A DNA stretch of 64,000 bases from the human T2T-CHM13v2.0 reference genome, Homo sapiens (GCF_009914755.1 NC_060942.1); one strand, 5' to 3'; shown: positions 1 through 12,400, counted from the stretch's first letter. A program made the numbers and translations. Notes: generated from the sequence alone by a model not told the origin.

Positions 1-148
1 TCCCATAACAACTAGACAGAAGCATTCTCAGAAACTTATTTGAGATGTGTGTACTCAACTAAGAGAATTGAACCACCGTTTTGAAGGAGCAGTTTTGAAA
101 CTCTCTTTTTCTGGAATCTGCAAGTGGATATTTGGCTAGCTTTGGGGA

Positions 149-165
149 TTTCGCTGGAAGCGGGA
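149..165 (+). promoter_or_regulatory. CENP-B box 1 of the HOR (repeats in every copy)
   Basis: TTTCGCTGGAAGCGGGA retains all 9 core positions of nTTCGnnnnAnnCGGGn, with one non-core change from the canonical YTTCGTTGGAARCGGGA. Confidence 0.92.
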
Positions 166-314
166 ATACATATAAAAAGCACACAGCAGCGTTCTGAGAA
201 ACTGCTTTCTGATGTTTGCATTCAAGTCAAAAGTTGAACACTCCCTTTCATAGAGCAGTCTTGAAACACCCCTTTTGTAGTATCTGGAACTGGACTTTTG
301 GAGCGATTTCAGGG

Positions 315-331
315 CTAAGGTGAAAAAGGAA
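315..331 (-). promoter_or_regulatory. pJ-alpha-like box of an A-type monomer (repeats in every HOR)
   Basis: CTAAGGTGAAAAAGGAA reads TTCCTTTTTCACCTTAG on the minus strand, one mismatch from the recalled pJ-alpha consensus TTCCTTTTYCACCRTAG. It sits at the position homologous to the CENP-B box. Confidence 0.75.
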
Positions 332-485
332 ATATCTTCCCATAAAAACTGGACAGAAGCATTCTCAGAAACTTGGTTATGCTGTATCTACTCAACTAAC
401 AAAGTTGAACCTTTCTTTTGATAGAGCAGTTTTGAAATGGTCTTTTTGTGGAATCTGCAAGTGGATATTTGGCTAGTTTTGAGGA

Positions 486-502
486 TTTCGTTGGAAGCGG
501 GA
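486..502 (+). promoter_or_regulatory. CENP-B box 2 of the HOR
   Basis: TTTCGTTGGAAGCGGGA, canonical; overlaps the EcoRI site at 501. Confidence 0.96.
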
Positions 503-823
503 ATTCATACAAATTGCAGACTGCAGCGTTCTGAGAAACATCTTTGTGATGTTTGTATTCAGGACAGAGAGTTGAACATTCCCTATCATAGAGCAGGTTG
601 GAATCACTCCTTTTGTAGTATCTGGAAGTGGACATTTGGAGCGCTTTCAGGCCTATTTTGGAAAGGGAAATATCTTCCCGTAACAACTATGCAGAAGCAT
701 TCTCAGAAACTTGTTTGTGATGTGTGCCCTCTACTGACAGAGTTGAACCTTTCTTTTCATAGAGCAGTTTTGAAACACTCTTTTTGTAGAATCTGCAAGA
801 GGATATTTGCATAGCTTTGAGGA

Positions 824-840
824 TTTCGTGGGAAACGGGA
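824..840 (+). promoter_or_regulatory. CENP-B box 3 of the HOR
   Basis: TTTCGTGGGAAACGGGA; core positions intact, one non-core change. Confidence 0.92.
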
Positions 841-1165
841 TTGTCTTCAGGTAAAATCTAGACAGAAGCATTCTCAGAAACTTCTTTGGGATGTTTGCAT
901 TCAAGTCACAGAGTAGAACATTCCCTTTGGTAGAGCAGGTTTGAAACACTCTTTTTGTAGTATCTGGAAGTGGACATTTGGAGCGCTTTCAGGCCCATGT
1001 TGGAAAGGGAAATATCTTCCCGTAACAACTAGGCAGAAGCATTCTCAGAAACTTATTTGAGATGTGTGTACTCAACTAAGAGAATTGAACCACCGTTTTG
1101 AAGGAGCAGTTTTGAAACACTCTTTTTCTGGAATCTGCAAGAGTATATTTGCCTAGCCTTGAGGA

Positions 1166-1182
1166 TTTCGTTGGAAACGGGA
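1166..1182 (+). promoter_or_regulatory. CENP-B box 4 of the HOR
   Basis: TTTCGTTGGAAACGGGA, canonical. Confidence 0.96.
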
Positions 1183-1507
1183 TTGTCTTCAGAGAAAATC
1201 TAGACAGAAGCATTCTCAGAAACTTCTTTGGGATGTTTGCATTCAAGTCACAGAGTAGAACATTCCCTTTGGTAGAGCAGGTTTGAAACACTCTTTTTTT
1301 AGTATATGGAAGTGGACATTTTGATCGCTTTCAGGCCTACGTTGGAAAAGGAAATATCTTCCCATAACAACTAGACAGAAGCATTCTCAGAAACTAGTTT
1401 CTGATGTGTGTCCTCAACTAACACAGTTGAACATTTCTTTAGACAGAACAGTTTTGAAACACTCTTTTTGTGGAATCTGCAAGTGGCTATTTGGCTAGAT
1501 TTGAGGA

Positions 1508-1524
1508 TTTCGTTGGAAACGGGA
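1508..1524 (+). promoter_or_regulatory. CENP-B box 5 of the HOR
   Basis: TTTCGTTGGAAACGGGA, canonical. Confidence 0.96.
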
Positions 1525-1674
1525 TTACATATAAAAAGCAGTCAGCAGCATTCTCAGAAAGTTCTTTGTGATGATTGCATTCAAGTCACAGAATTGAACA
1601 TTCCCTTTCACAGAGCAGGTTTGAAACACTCTTTTTGTAGTGTGTGTAAGTGGACATTTGGAGCACTTACCGGC

Positions 1675-1691
1675 CTAAGGTGAAAAAGGAA
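1675..1691 (-). promoter_or_regulatory. Second pJ-alpha-like box of the HOR
   Basis: Same CTAAGGTGAAAAAGGAA motif, 1360 bp after the first. Confidence 0.75.
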
Positions 1692-1845
1692 ATATCTTCC
1701 CATAAAAACTAGACAGAAGCATTCTCAGAAACTTACTCGTGATGTGTGTCCTCAACTAAAGGAGTAGAACCTTTCTTTTCATAGAGAAGTTTTGAAACGC
1801 TCTTTTTGTGGAATCTGCAAGTGGATATTTGGCTAGTTTTGAGGA

Positions 1846-1862
1846 TTTCGTTGGAAGCGGGA
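1846..1862 (+). promoter_or_regulatory. CENP-B box 6 of the HOR
   Basis: TTTCGTTGGAAGCGGGA, canonical; overlaps the EcoRI site at 1861. Confidence 0.96.
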
Positions 1863-4800
1863 ATTCATACAAATTGCAGACTGCAGCGTTCTGAGAAACA
1901 TCTTTGTGATGTTTGTATTCAGGACACAGAGTTGAACATTCCCTATCATAGAGCAGGTTTGAATCACTCCTTTTGTAGTATCTGGAAGTGGACATTTGGA
2001 GCGCTTTCAGGCCTATGTTGGAAAAGGAAATATCTTCCCATAACAACTAGACAGAAGCATTCTCAGAAACTTATTTGAGATGTGTGTACTCAACTAAGAG
2101 AATTGAACCACCGTTTTGAAGGAGCAGTTTTGAAACTCTCTTTTTCTGGAATCTGCAAGTGGATATTTGGCTAGCTTTGGGGATTTCGCTGGAAGCGGGA
2201 ATACATATAAAAAGCACACAGCAGCGTTCTGAGAAACTGCTTTCTGATGTTTGCATTCAAGTCAAAAGTTGAACACTCCCTTTCATAGAGCAGTCTTGAA
2301 ACACCCCTTTTGTAGTATCTGGAACTGGACTTTTGGAGCGATTTCAGGGCTAAGGTGAAAAAGGAAATATCTTCCCATAAAAACTGGACAGAAGCATTCT
2401 CAGAAACTTGGTTATGCTGTATCTACTCAACTAACAAAGTTGAACCTTTCTTTTGATAGAGCAGTTTTGAAATGGTCTTTTTGTGGAATCTGCAAGTGGA
2501 TATTTGGCTAGTTTTGAGGATTTCGTTGGAAGCGGGAATTCATACAAATTGCAGACTGCAGCGTTCTGAGAAACATCTTTGTGATGTTTGTATTCAGGAC
2601 AGAGAGTTGAACATTCCCTATCATAGAGCAGGTTGGAATCACTCCTTTTGTAGTATCTGGAAGTGGACATTTGGAGCGCTTTCAGGCCTATTTTGGAAAG
2701 GGAAATATCTTCCCGTAACAACTATGCAGAAGCATTCTCAGAAACTTGTTTGTGATGTGTGCCCTCTACTGACAGAGTTGAACCTTTCTTTTCATAGAGC
2801 AGTTTTGAAACACTCTTTTTGTAGAATCTGCAAGAGGATATTTGCATAGCTTTGAGGATTTCGTGGGAAACGGGATTGTCTTCAGGTAAAATCTAGACAG
2901 AAGCATTCTCAGAAACTTCTTTGGGATGTTTGCATTCAAGTCACAGAGTAGAACATTCCCTTTGGTAGAGCAGGTTTGAAACACTCTTTTTGTAGTATCT
3001 GGAAGTGGACATTTGGAGCGCTTTCAGGCCCATGTTGGAAAGGGAAATATCTTCCCGTAACAACTAGGCAGAAGCATTCTCAGAAACTTATTTGAGATGT
3101 GTGTACTCAACTAAGAGAATTGAACCACCGTTTTGAAGGAGCAGTTTTGAAACACTCTTTTTCTGGAATCTGCAAGAGTATATTTGCCTAGCCTTGAGGA
3201 TTTCGTTGGAAACGGGATTGTCTTCAGAGAAAATCTAGACAGAAGCATTCTCAGAAACTTCTTTGGGATGTTTGCATTCAAGTCACAGAGTAGAACATTC
3301 CCTTTGGTAGAGCAGGTTTGAAACACTCTTTTTTTAGTATATGGAAGTGGACATTTGGATCGCTTTCAGGCCTACGTTGGAAAAGGAAATATCTTCCCAT
3401 AACAACTAGACAGAAGCATTCTCAGAAACTAGTTTCTGATGTGTGTCCTCAACTAACACAGTTGAACATTTCTTTAGACAGAACAGTTTTGAAACACTCT
3501 TTTTGTGGAATCTGCAAGTGGCTATTTGGCTAGATTTGAGGATTTCGTTGGAAACGGGATTACATATAAAAAGCAGTCAGCAGCATTCTCAGAAAGTTCT
3601 TTGTGATGATTGCATTCAAGTCACAGAATTGAACATTCCCTTTCACAGAGCAGGTTTGAAACACTCTTTTTGTAGTGTGTGTAAGTGGACATTTGGAGCA
3701 CTTACCGGCCTAAGGTGAAAAAGGAAATATCTTCCCATAAAAACTAGACAGAAGCATTCTCAGAAACTTACTCGTGATGTGTGTCCTCAACTAAAGGAGT
3801 AGAACCTTTCTTTTCATAGAGAAGTTTTGAAACGCTCTTTTTGTGGAATCTGCAAGTGGATATTTGGCTAGTTTTGAGGATTTCGTTGGAAGCGGGAATT
3901 CATACAAATTGCAGACTGCAGCGTTCTGAGAAACATCTTTGTGATGTTTGTATTCAGGACACAGAGTTGAACATTCCCTATCATAGAGCAGGTTTGAATC
4001 ACTCCTTTTGTAGTATCTGGAAGTGGACATTTGGAGCGCTTTCAGGCCTATGTTGGAAAAGGAAATATCTTCCCATAACAACTAGACAGAAGCATTCTCA
4101 GAAACTTATTTGAGATGTGTGTACTCAACTAAGAGAATTGAACCACCGTTTTGAAGGAGCAGTTTTGAAACTCTCTTTTTCTGGAATCTGCAAGTGGATA
4201 TTTGGCTAGCTTTGGGGATTTCGCTGGAAGCGGGAATACATATAAAAAGCACACAGCAGCGTTCTGAGAAACTGCTTTCTGATGTTTGCATTCAAGTCAA
4301 AAGTTGAACACTCCCTTTCATAGAGCAGTCTTGAAACACCCCTTTTGTAGTATCTGGAACTGGACTTTTGGAGCGATTTCAGGGCTAAGGTGAAAAAGGA
4401 AATATCTTCCCATAAAAACTGGACAGAAGCATTCTCAGAAACTTGGTTATGCTGTATCTACTCAACTAACAAAGTTGAACCTTTCTTTTGATAGAGCAGT
4501 TTTGAAATGGTCTTTTTGTGGAATCTGCAAGTGGATATTTGGCTAGTTTTGAGGATTTCGTTGGAAGCGGGAATTCATACAAATTGCAGACTGCAGCGTT
4601 CTGAGAAACATCTTTGTGATGTTTGTATTCAGGACAGAGAGTTGAACATTCCCTATCATAGAGCAGGTTGGAATCACTCCTTTTGTAGTATCTGGAAGTG
4701 GACATTTGGAGCGCTTTCAGGCCTATTTTGGAAAGGGAAATATCTTCCCGTAACAACTATGCAGAAGCATTCTCAGAAACTTGTTTGTGATGTGTGCCCT

Positions 4801-7800
4801 CTACTGACAGAGTTGAACCTTTCTTTTCATAGAGCAGTTTTGAAACACTCTTTTTGTAGAATCTGCAAGAGGATATTTGCATAGCTTTGAGGATTTCGTG
4901 GGAAACGGGATTGTCTTCAGGTAAAATCTAGACAGAAGCATTCTCAGAAACTTCTTTGGGATGTTTGCATTCAAGTCACAGAGTAGAACATTCCCTTTGG
5001 TAGAGCAGGTTTGAAACACTCTTTTTGTAGTATCTGGAAGTGGACATTTGGAGCGCTTTCAGGCCCATGTTGGAAAGGGAAATATCTTCCCGTAACAACT
5101 AGGCAGAAGCATTCTCAGAAACTTATTTGAGATGTGTGTACTCAACTAAGAGAATTGAACCACCGTTTTGAAGGAGCAGTTTTGAAACACTCTTTTTCTG
5201 GAATCTGCAAGAGTATATTTGCCTAGCCTTGAGGATTTCGTTGGAAACGGGATTGTCTTCAGAGAAAATCTAGACAGAAGCATTCTCAGAAACTTCTTTG
5301 GGATGTTTGCATTCAAGTCACAGAGTAGAACATTCCCTTTGGTAGAGCAGGTTTGAAACACTCTTTTTTTAGTATATGGAAGTGGACATTTGGATCGCTT
5401 TCAGGCCTACGTTGGAAAAGGAAATATCTTCCCATAACAACTAGACAGAAGCATTCTCAGAAACTAGTTTCTGATGTGTGTCCTCAACTAACACAGTTGA
5501 ACATTTCTTTAGACAGAACAGTTTTGAAACACTCTTTTTGTGGAATCTGCAAGTGGCTATTTGGCTAGATTTGAGGATTTCGTTGGAAACGGGATTACAT
5601 ATAAAAAGCAGTCAGCAGCATTCTCAGAAAGTTCTTTGTGATGATTGCATTCAAGTCACAGAATTGAACATTCCCTTTCACAGAGCAGGTTTGAAACACT
5701 CTTTTTGTAGTGTGTGTAAGTGGACATTTGGAGCACTTACCGGCCTAAGGTGAAAAAGGAAATATCTTCCCATAAAAACTAGACAGAAGCATTCTCAGAA
5801 ACTTACTCGTGATGTGTGTCCTCAACTAAAGGAGTAGAACCTTTCTTTTCATAGAGAAGTTTTGAAACGCTCTTTTTGTGGAATCTGCAAGTGGATATTT
5901 GGCTAGTTTTGAGGATTTCGTTGGAAGCGGGAATTCATACAAATTGCAGACTGCAGCGTTCTGAGAAACATCTTTGTGATGTTTGTATTCAGGACACAGA
6001 GTTGAACATTCCCTATCATAGAGCAGGTTTGAATCACTCCTTTTGTAGTATCTGGAAGTGGACATTTGGAGCGCTTTCAGGCCTATGTTGGAAAAGGAAA
6101 TATCTTCCCATAACAACTAGACAGAAGCATTCTCAGAAACTTATTTGAGATGTGTGTACTCAACTAAGAGAATTGAACCACCGTTTTGAAGGAGCAGTTT
6201 TGAAACTCTCTTTTTCTGGAATCTGCAAGTGGATATTTGGCTAGCTTTGGGGATTTCGCTGGAAGCGGGAATACATATAAAAAGCACACAGCAGCGTTCT
6301 GAGAAACTGCTTTCTGATGTTTGCATTCAAGTCAAAAGTTGAACACTCCCTTTCATAGAGCAGTCTTGAAACACCCCTTTTGTAGTATCTGGAACTGGAC
6401 TTTTGGAGCGATTTCAGGGCTAAGGTGAAAAAGGAAATATCTTCCCATAAAAACTGGACAGAAGCATTCTCAGAAACTTGGTTATGCTGTATCTACTCAA
6501 CTAACAAAGTTGAACCTTTCTTTTGATAGAGCAGTTTTGAAATGGTCTTTTTGTGGAATCTGCAAGTGGATATTTGGCTAGTTTTGAGGATTTCGTTGGA
6601 AGCGGGAATTCATACAAATTGCAGACTGCAGCGTTCTGAGAAACATCTTTGTGATGTTTGTATTCAGGACAGAGAGTTGAACATTCCCTATCATAGAGCA
6701 GGTTGGAATCACTCCTTTTGTAGTATCTGGAAGTGGACATTTGGAGCGCTTTCAGGCCTATTTTGGAAAGGGAAATATCTTCCCGTAACAACTATGCAGA
6801 AGCATTCTCAGAAACTTGTTTGTGATGTGTGCCCTCTACTGACAGAGTTGAACCTTTCTTTTCATAGAGCAGTTTTGAAACACTCTTTTTGTAGAATCTG
6901 CAAGAGGATATTTGCATAGCTTTGAGGATTTCGTGGGAAACGGGATTGTCTTCAGGTAAAATCTAGACAGAAGCATTCTCAGAAACTTCTTTGGGATGTT
7001 TGCATTCAAGTCACAGAGTAGAACATTCCCTTTGGTAGAGCAGGTTTGAAACACTCTTTTTGTAGTATCTGGAAGTGGACATTTGGAGCGCTTTCAGGCC
7101 CATGTTGGAAAGGGAAATATCTTCCCGTAACAACTAGGCAGAAGCATTCTCAGAAACTTATTTGAGATGTGTGTACTCAACTAAGAGAATTGAACCACCG
7201 TTTTGAAGGAGCAGTTTTGAAACACTCTTTTTCTGGAATCTGCAAGAGTATATTTGCCTAGCCTTGAGGATTTCGTTGGAAACGGGATTGTCTTCAGAGA
7301 AAATCTAGACAGAAGCATTCTCAGAAACTTCTTTGGGATGTTTGCATTCAAGTCACAGAGTAGAACATTCCCTTTGGTAGAGCAGGTTTGAAACACTCTT
7401 TTTTTAGTATATGGAAGTGGACATTTTGATCGCTTTCAGGCCTACGTTGGAAAAGGAAATATCTTCCCATAACAACTAGACAGAAGCATTCTCAGAAACT
7501 AGTTTCTGATGTGTGTCCTCAACTAACACAGTTGAACATTTCTTTAGACAGAACAGTTTTGAAACACTCTTTTTGTGGAATCTGCAAGTGGCTATTTGGC
7601 TAGATTTGAGGATTTCGTTGGAAACGGGATTACATATAAAAAGCAGTCAGCAGCATTCTCAGAAAGTTCTTTGTGATGATTGCATTCAAGTCACAGAATT
7701 GAACATTCCCTTTCACAGAGCAGGTTTGAAACACTCTTTTTGTAGTGTGTGTAAGTGGACATTTGGAGCACTTACCGGCCTAAGGTGAAAAAGGAAATAT

Positions 7801-7950
7801 CTTCCCATAAAAACTAGACAGAAGCATTCTCAGAAACTTACTCGTGATGTGTGTCCTCAACTAAAGGAGTAGAACCTTTCTTTTCATAGAGAAGTTTTGA
7901 AACGCTCTTTTTGTGGAATCTGCAAGTGGATATTTGGCTAGTTTTGAGGA

Positions 7951-7967
7951 TTTCTTTGGAAGCGGGA
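7951..7967 (+). promoter_or_regulatory. Mutated, predicted non-binding CENP-B box (HOR4, box 6)
   Basis: TTTCTTTGGAAGCGGGA: G>T at 7955 removes the core TTCG. The change also shows as PLPK instead of PLPT in ORF 7861..8151. Confidence 0.9.
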
Positions 7968-9465
7968 ATTCATACAAATTGCAGACTGCAGCGTTCTGAG
8001 AAACATCTTTGTGATGTTTGTATTCAGGACACAGAGTTGAACATTCCCTATCATAGAGCAGGTTTGAATCACTCCTTTTGTAGTATCTGGAAGTGGACAT
8101 TTGGAGCGCTTTCAGGCCTATGTTGGAAAAGGAAATATCTTCCCATAACAACTAGACAGAAGCATTCTCAGAAACTTATTTGAGATGTGTGTACTCAACT
8201 AAGAGAATTGAACCACCGTTTTGAAGGAGCAGTTTTGAAACTCTCTTTTTCTGGAATCTGCAAGTGGATATTTGGCTAGCTTTGGGGATTTCGCTGGAAG
8301 CGGGAATACATATAAAAAGCACACAGCAGCGTTCTGAGAAACTGCTTTCTGATGTTTGCATTCAAGTCAAAAGTTGAACACTCCCTTTCATAGAGCAGTC
8401 TTGAAACACCCCTTTTGTAGTATCTGGAACTGGACTTTTGGAGCGATTTCAGGGCTAAGGTGAAAAAGGAAATATCTTCCCATAAAAACTGGACAGAAGC
8501 ATTCTCAGAAACTTGGTTATGCTGTATCTACTCAACTAACAAAGTTGAACCTTTCTTTTGATAGAGCAGTTTTGAAATGGTCTTTTTGTGGAATCTGCAA
8601 GTGGATATTTGGCTAGTTTTGAGGATTTCGTTGGAAGCGGGAATTCATACAAATTGCAGACTGCAGCGTTCTGAGAAACATCTTTGTGATGTTTGTATTC
8701 AGGACAGAGAGTTGAACATTCCCTATCATAGAGCAGGTTGGAATCACTCCTTTTGTAGTATCTGGAAGTGGACATTTGGAGCGCTTTCAGGCCTATTTTG
8801 GAAAGGGAAATATCTTCCCGTAACAACTATGCAGAAGCATTCTCAGAAACTTGTTTGTGATGTGTGCCCTCTACTGACAGAGTTGAACCTTTCTTTTCAT
8901 AGAGCAGTTTTGAAACACTCTTTTTGTAGAATCTGCAAGAGGATATTTGCATAGCTTTGAGGATTTCGTGGGAAACGGGATTGTCTTCAGGTAAAATCTA
9001 GACAGAAGCATTCTCAGAAACTTCTTTGGGATGTTTGCATTCAAGTCACAGAGTAGAACATTCCCTTTGGTAGAGCAGGTTTGAAACACTCTTTTTGTAG
9101 TATCTGGAAGTGGACATTTGGAGCGCTTTCAGGCCCATGTTGGAAAGGGAAATATCTTCCCGTAACAACTAGGCAGAAGCATTCTCAGAAACTTATTTGA
9201 GATGTGTGTACTCAACTAAGAGAATTGAACCACCGTTTTGAAGGAGCAGTTTTGAAACACTCTTTTTCTGGAATCTGCAAGAGTATATTTGCCTAGCCTT
9301 GAGGATTTCGTTGGAAACGGGATTGTCTTCAGAGAAAATCTAGACAGAAGCATTCTCAGAAACTTCTTTGGGATGTTTGCATTCAAGTCACAGAGTAGAA
9401 CATTCCCTTTGGTAGAGCAGGTTTGAAACACTCTTTTTGTAGTATCTGGAAGTGGACATTTGGAG

Positions 9466-12400
9466 CGCTTTCAGGCCTACGTTGGAAAAGGAAATATCTT
9501 CCCATAACAACTAGACAGAAGCATTCTCAGAAACTAGTTTCTGATGTGTGTCCTCAACTAACACAGTTGAACATTTCTTTAGACAGAACAGTTTTGAAAC
9601 ACTCTTTTTGTGGAATCTGCAAGTGGCTATTTGGCTAGATTTGAGGATTTCGTTGGAAACGGGATTACATATAAAAAGCAGTCAGCAGCATTCTCAGAAA
9701 GTTCTTTGTGATGATTGCATTCAAGTCACAGAATTGAACATTCCCTTTCACAGAGCAGGTTTGAAACACTCTTTTTGTAGTGTGTGTAAGTGGACATTTG
9801 GAGCACTTACCGGCCTAAGGTGAAAAAGGAAATATCTTCCCATAAAAACTAGACAGAAGCATTCTCAGAAACTTACTCGTGATGTGTGTCCTCAACTAAA
9901 GGAGTAGAACCTTTCTTTTCATAGAGAAGTTTTGAAACGCTCTTTTTGTGGAATCTGCAAGTGGATATTTGGCTAGTTTTGAGGATTTCGTTGGAAGCGG
10001 GAATTCATACAAATTGCAGACTGCAGCGTTCTGAGAAACATCTTTGTGATGTTTGTATTCAGGACACAGAGTTGAACATTCCCTATCATAGAGCAGGTTT
10101 GAATCACTCCTTTTGTAGTATCTGGAAGTGGACATTTGGAGCGCTTTCAGGCCTATGTTGGAAAAGGAAATATCTTCCCATAACAACTAGACAGAAGCAT
10201 TCTCAGAAACTTATTTGAGATGTGTGTACTCAACTAAGAGAATTGAACCACCGTTTTGAAGGAGCAGTTTTGAAACACTCTTTTTCTGGAATCTGCAAGT
10301 GGATATTTGGCTAGCTTTGGGGATTTCGCTGGAAGCGGGAATACATATAAAAAGCACACAGCAGCGTTCTGAGAAACTGCTTTCTGATGTTTGCATTCAA
10401 GTCAAAAGTTGAACACTCCCTTTCATAGAGCAGTCTTGAAACACCCCTTTTGTAGTATCTGGAACTGGACTTTTGGAGCGATTTCAGGGCTAAGGTGAAA
10501 AAGGAAATATCTTCCCATAAAAACTGGACAGAAGCATTCTCAGAAACTTGTTTATGCTGTATCTACTCAACTAACAAAGTTGAACCTTTCTTTTGATAGA
10601 GCAGTTTTGAAATGGTCTTTTTGTGGAATCTGCAAGTGGATATTTGGCTAGTTTTGAGGATTTCGTTGGAAGCGGGAATTCATACAAATTGCAGACTGCA
10701 GCGTTCTGAGAAACATCTTTGTGATGTTTGTATTCAGGACACAGAGTTGAACATTCCCTATCATAGAGCAGGTTGGAATCACTCCTTTTGTAGTATCTGG
10801 AAGTGGACATTTGGAGCGCTTTCAGGCCTATTTTGGAAAGGGAAATATCTTCCCGTAACAACTATGCAGAAGCATTCTCAGAAACTTGTTTGTGATGTGT
10901 GCCCTCTACTGACAGAGTTGAACCTTTCTTTTCATAGAGCAGTTTTGAAACACTCTTTTTGTAGAATCTGCAAGAGGATATTTGCATAGCTTTGAGGATT
11001 TCGTGGGAAACGGGATTGTCTTCAGGTAAAATCTAGACAGAAGCATTCTCAGAAACTTCTTTGGGATGTTTGCATTCAAGTCACAGAGTAGAACATTCCC
11101 TTTGGTAGAGCAGGTTTGAAACACTCTTTTTGTAGTATCTGGAAGTGGACATTTGGAGCGCTTTCAGGCCCATGTTGGAAAGGGAAATATCTTCCCGTAA
11201 CAACTAGGCAGAAGCATTCTCAGAAACTTATTTGAGATGTGTGTACTCAACTAAGAGAATTGAACCACCGTTTTGAAGGAGCAGTTTTGAAACACTCTTT
11301 TTCTGGAATCTGCAAGAGTATATTTGCCTAGCCTTGAGGATTTCGTTGGAAACGGGATTGTCTTCAGAGAAAATCTAGACAGAAGTATTCTCAGAAACTT
11401 CTTTGGGATGTTTGCATTCAAGTCACAGAGTAGAACATTCCCTTTGGTAGAGCAGGTTTGAAACACTCTTTTTGTAGTATCTGGAAGTGGACATTTGGAG
11501 CGCTTTCAGGCCTACGTTGGAAAAGGAAATATCTTCCCATAACAACTAGACAGAAGCATTCTCAGAAACTAGTTTCTGATGTGTGTCCTCAACTAACACA
11601 GTTGAACATTTCTTTAGACAGAACAGTTTTGAAACACTCTTTTTGTGGAATCTGCAAGTGGCTATTTGGCTAGATTTGAGGATTTCGTTGGAAACGGGAT
11701 TACATATAAAAAGCAGTCAGCAGCATTCTCAGAAAGTTCTTTGTGATGATTGCATTCAAGTCACAGAATTGAACATTCCCTTTCACAGAGCAGGTTTGAA
11801 ACACTCTTTTTGTAGTGTGTGTAAGTGGACATTTGGAGCACTTACCGGCCTAAGGTGAAAAAGAAAATATCTTCCCATAAAAACTAGACAGAAGCATTCT
11901 CAGAAACTTACTCGTGATGTGTGTCCTCAACTAAAGGAGTAGAACCTTTCTTTTCATAGAGAAGTTTTGAAACGCTCTTTTTGTGGAATCTGCAAGTGGA
12001 TATTTGGCTAGTTTTGAGGATTTCGTTGGAAGCGGGAATTCATACAAATTGCAGACTGCAGCGTTCTGAGAAACATCTTTGTGATGTTTGTATTCAGGAC
12101 ACAGAGTTGAACATTCCCTATCATAGAGCAGGTTGGAATCACTCCTTTTGTAGTATCTGGAAGTGGACATTTGGAGCGCTTTCAGGCCTATGTTGGAAAA
12201 GGAAATATCTTCCCATAACAACTAGACAGAAGCATTCTCAGAAACTTATTTGAGATGTGTGTACTCAACTAAGAGAATTGAACCACCGTTTTGAAGGAGC
12301 AGTTTTGAAACTCTCTTTTTCTGGAATCTGCAAGTGGATATTTGGCTAGCTTTGGGGATTTCGCTGGAAGCGGGAATACATATAAAAAGCACACAGCAGC

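Larger units (their letters stand above)
1..2035 (+). repeat. Representative HOR unit (HOR1): 12 monomers arranged as 6 B/A dimers
   Basis: The sequence from 2036 onward repeats the sequence from 1 onward (TCCCATAACAACTAGACAGAAGC). With the anchor used here, four monomers are 167 bp, one is 170 bp and seven are 171 bp. Confidence 0.98.

Noticed and set aside
25-33. TTCTCAGAA / TTCTGAGAA interrupted palindrome matching the STAT GAS motif TTCN3GAA in every monomer
   Set aside because: It is a general alpha-satellite consensus feature, and the sequence alone gives no evidence of binding or function.
665-679. GGGAA-ATATC-TTCCC small dyad (also near 1007-1021)
   Set aside because: A 5-bp stem is too weak to call a hairpin, cruciform or terminator; short dyads are common in alphoid DNA.
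437-814. Cys/His-rich pattern (CDVC...H, CRIC) suggesting a zinc finger
   Set aside because: It results from TGT/TGC-rich satellite sequence; the spacing does not fit C2H2 or RING consensus.
1337-1353. CTACGTTGGAAAAGGAA in an A-type monomer resembling a CENP-B box
   Set aside because: It lacks the core TTCG and CGGG, so it is not counted as a functional box.
23-2058. CRISPR-like regular repeat-spacer appearance of the CAGAAGCATTCTCAGAAAC motif
   Set aside because: The intervening sequences are homologous monomers rather than unique spacers, the period is about 170 bp, and there are no cas genes.
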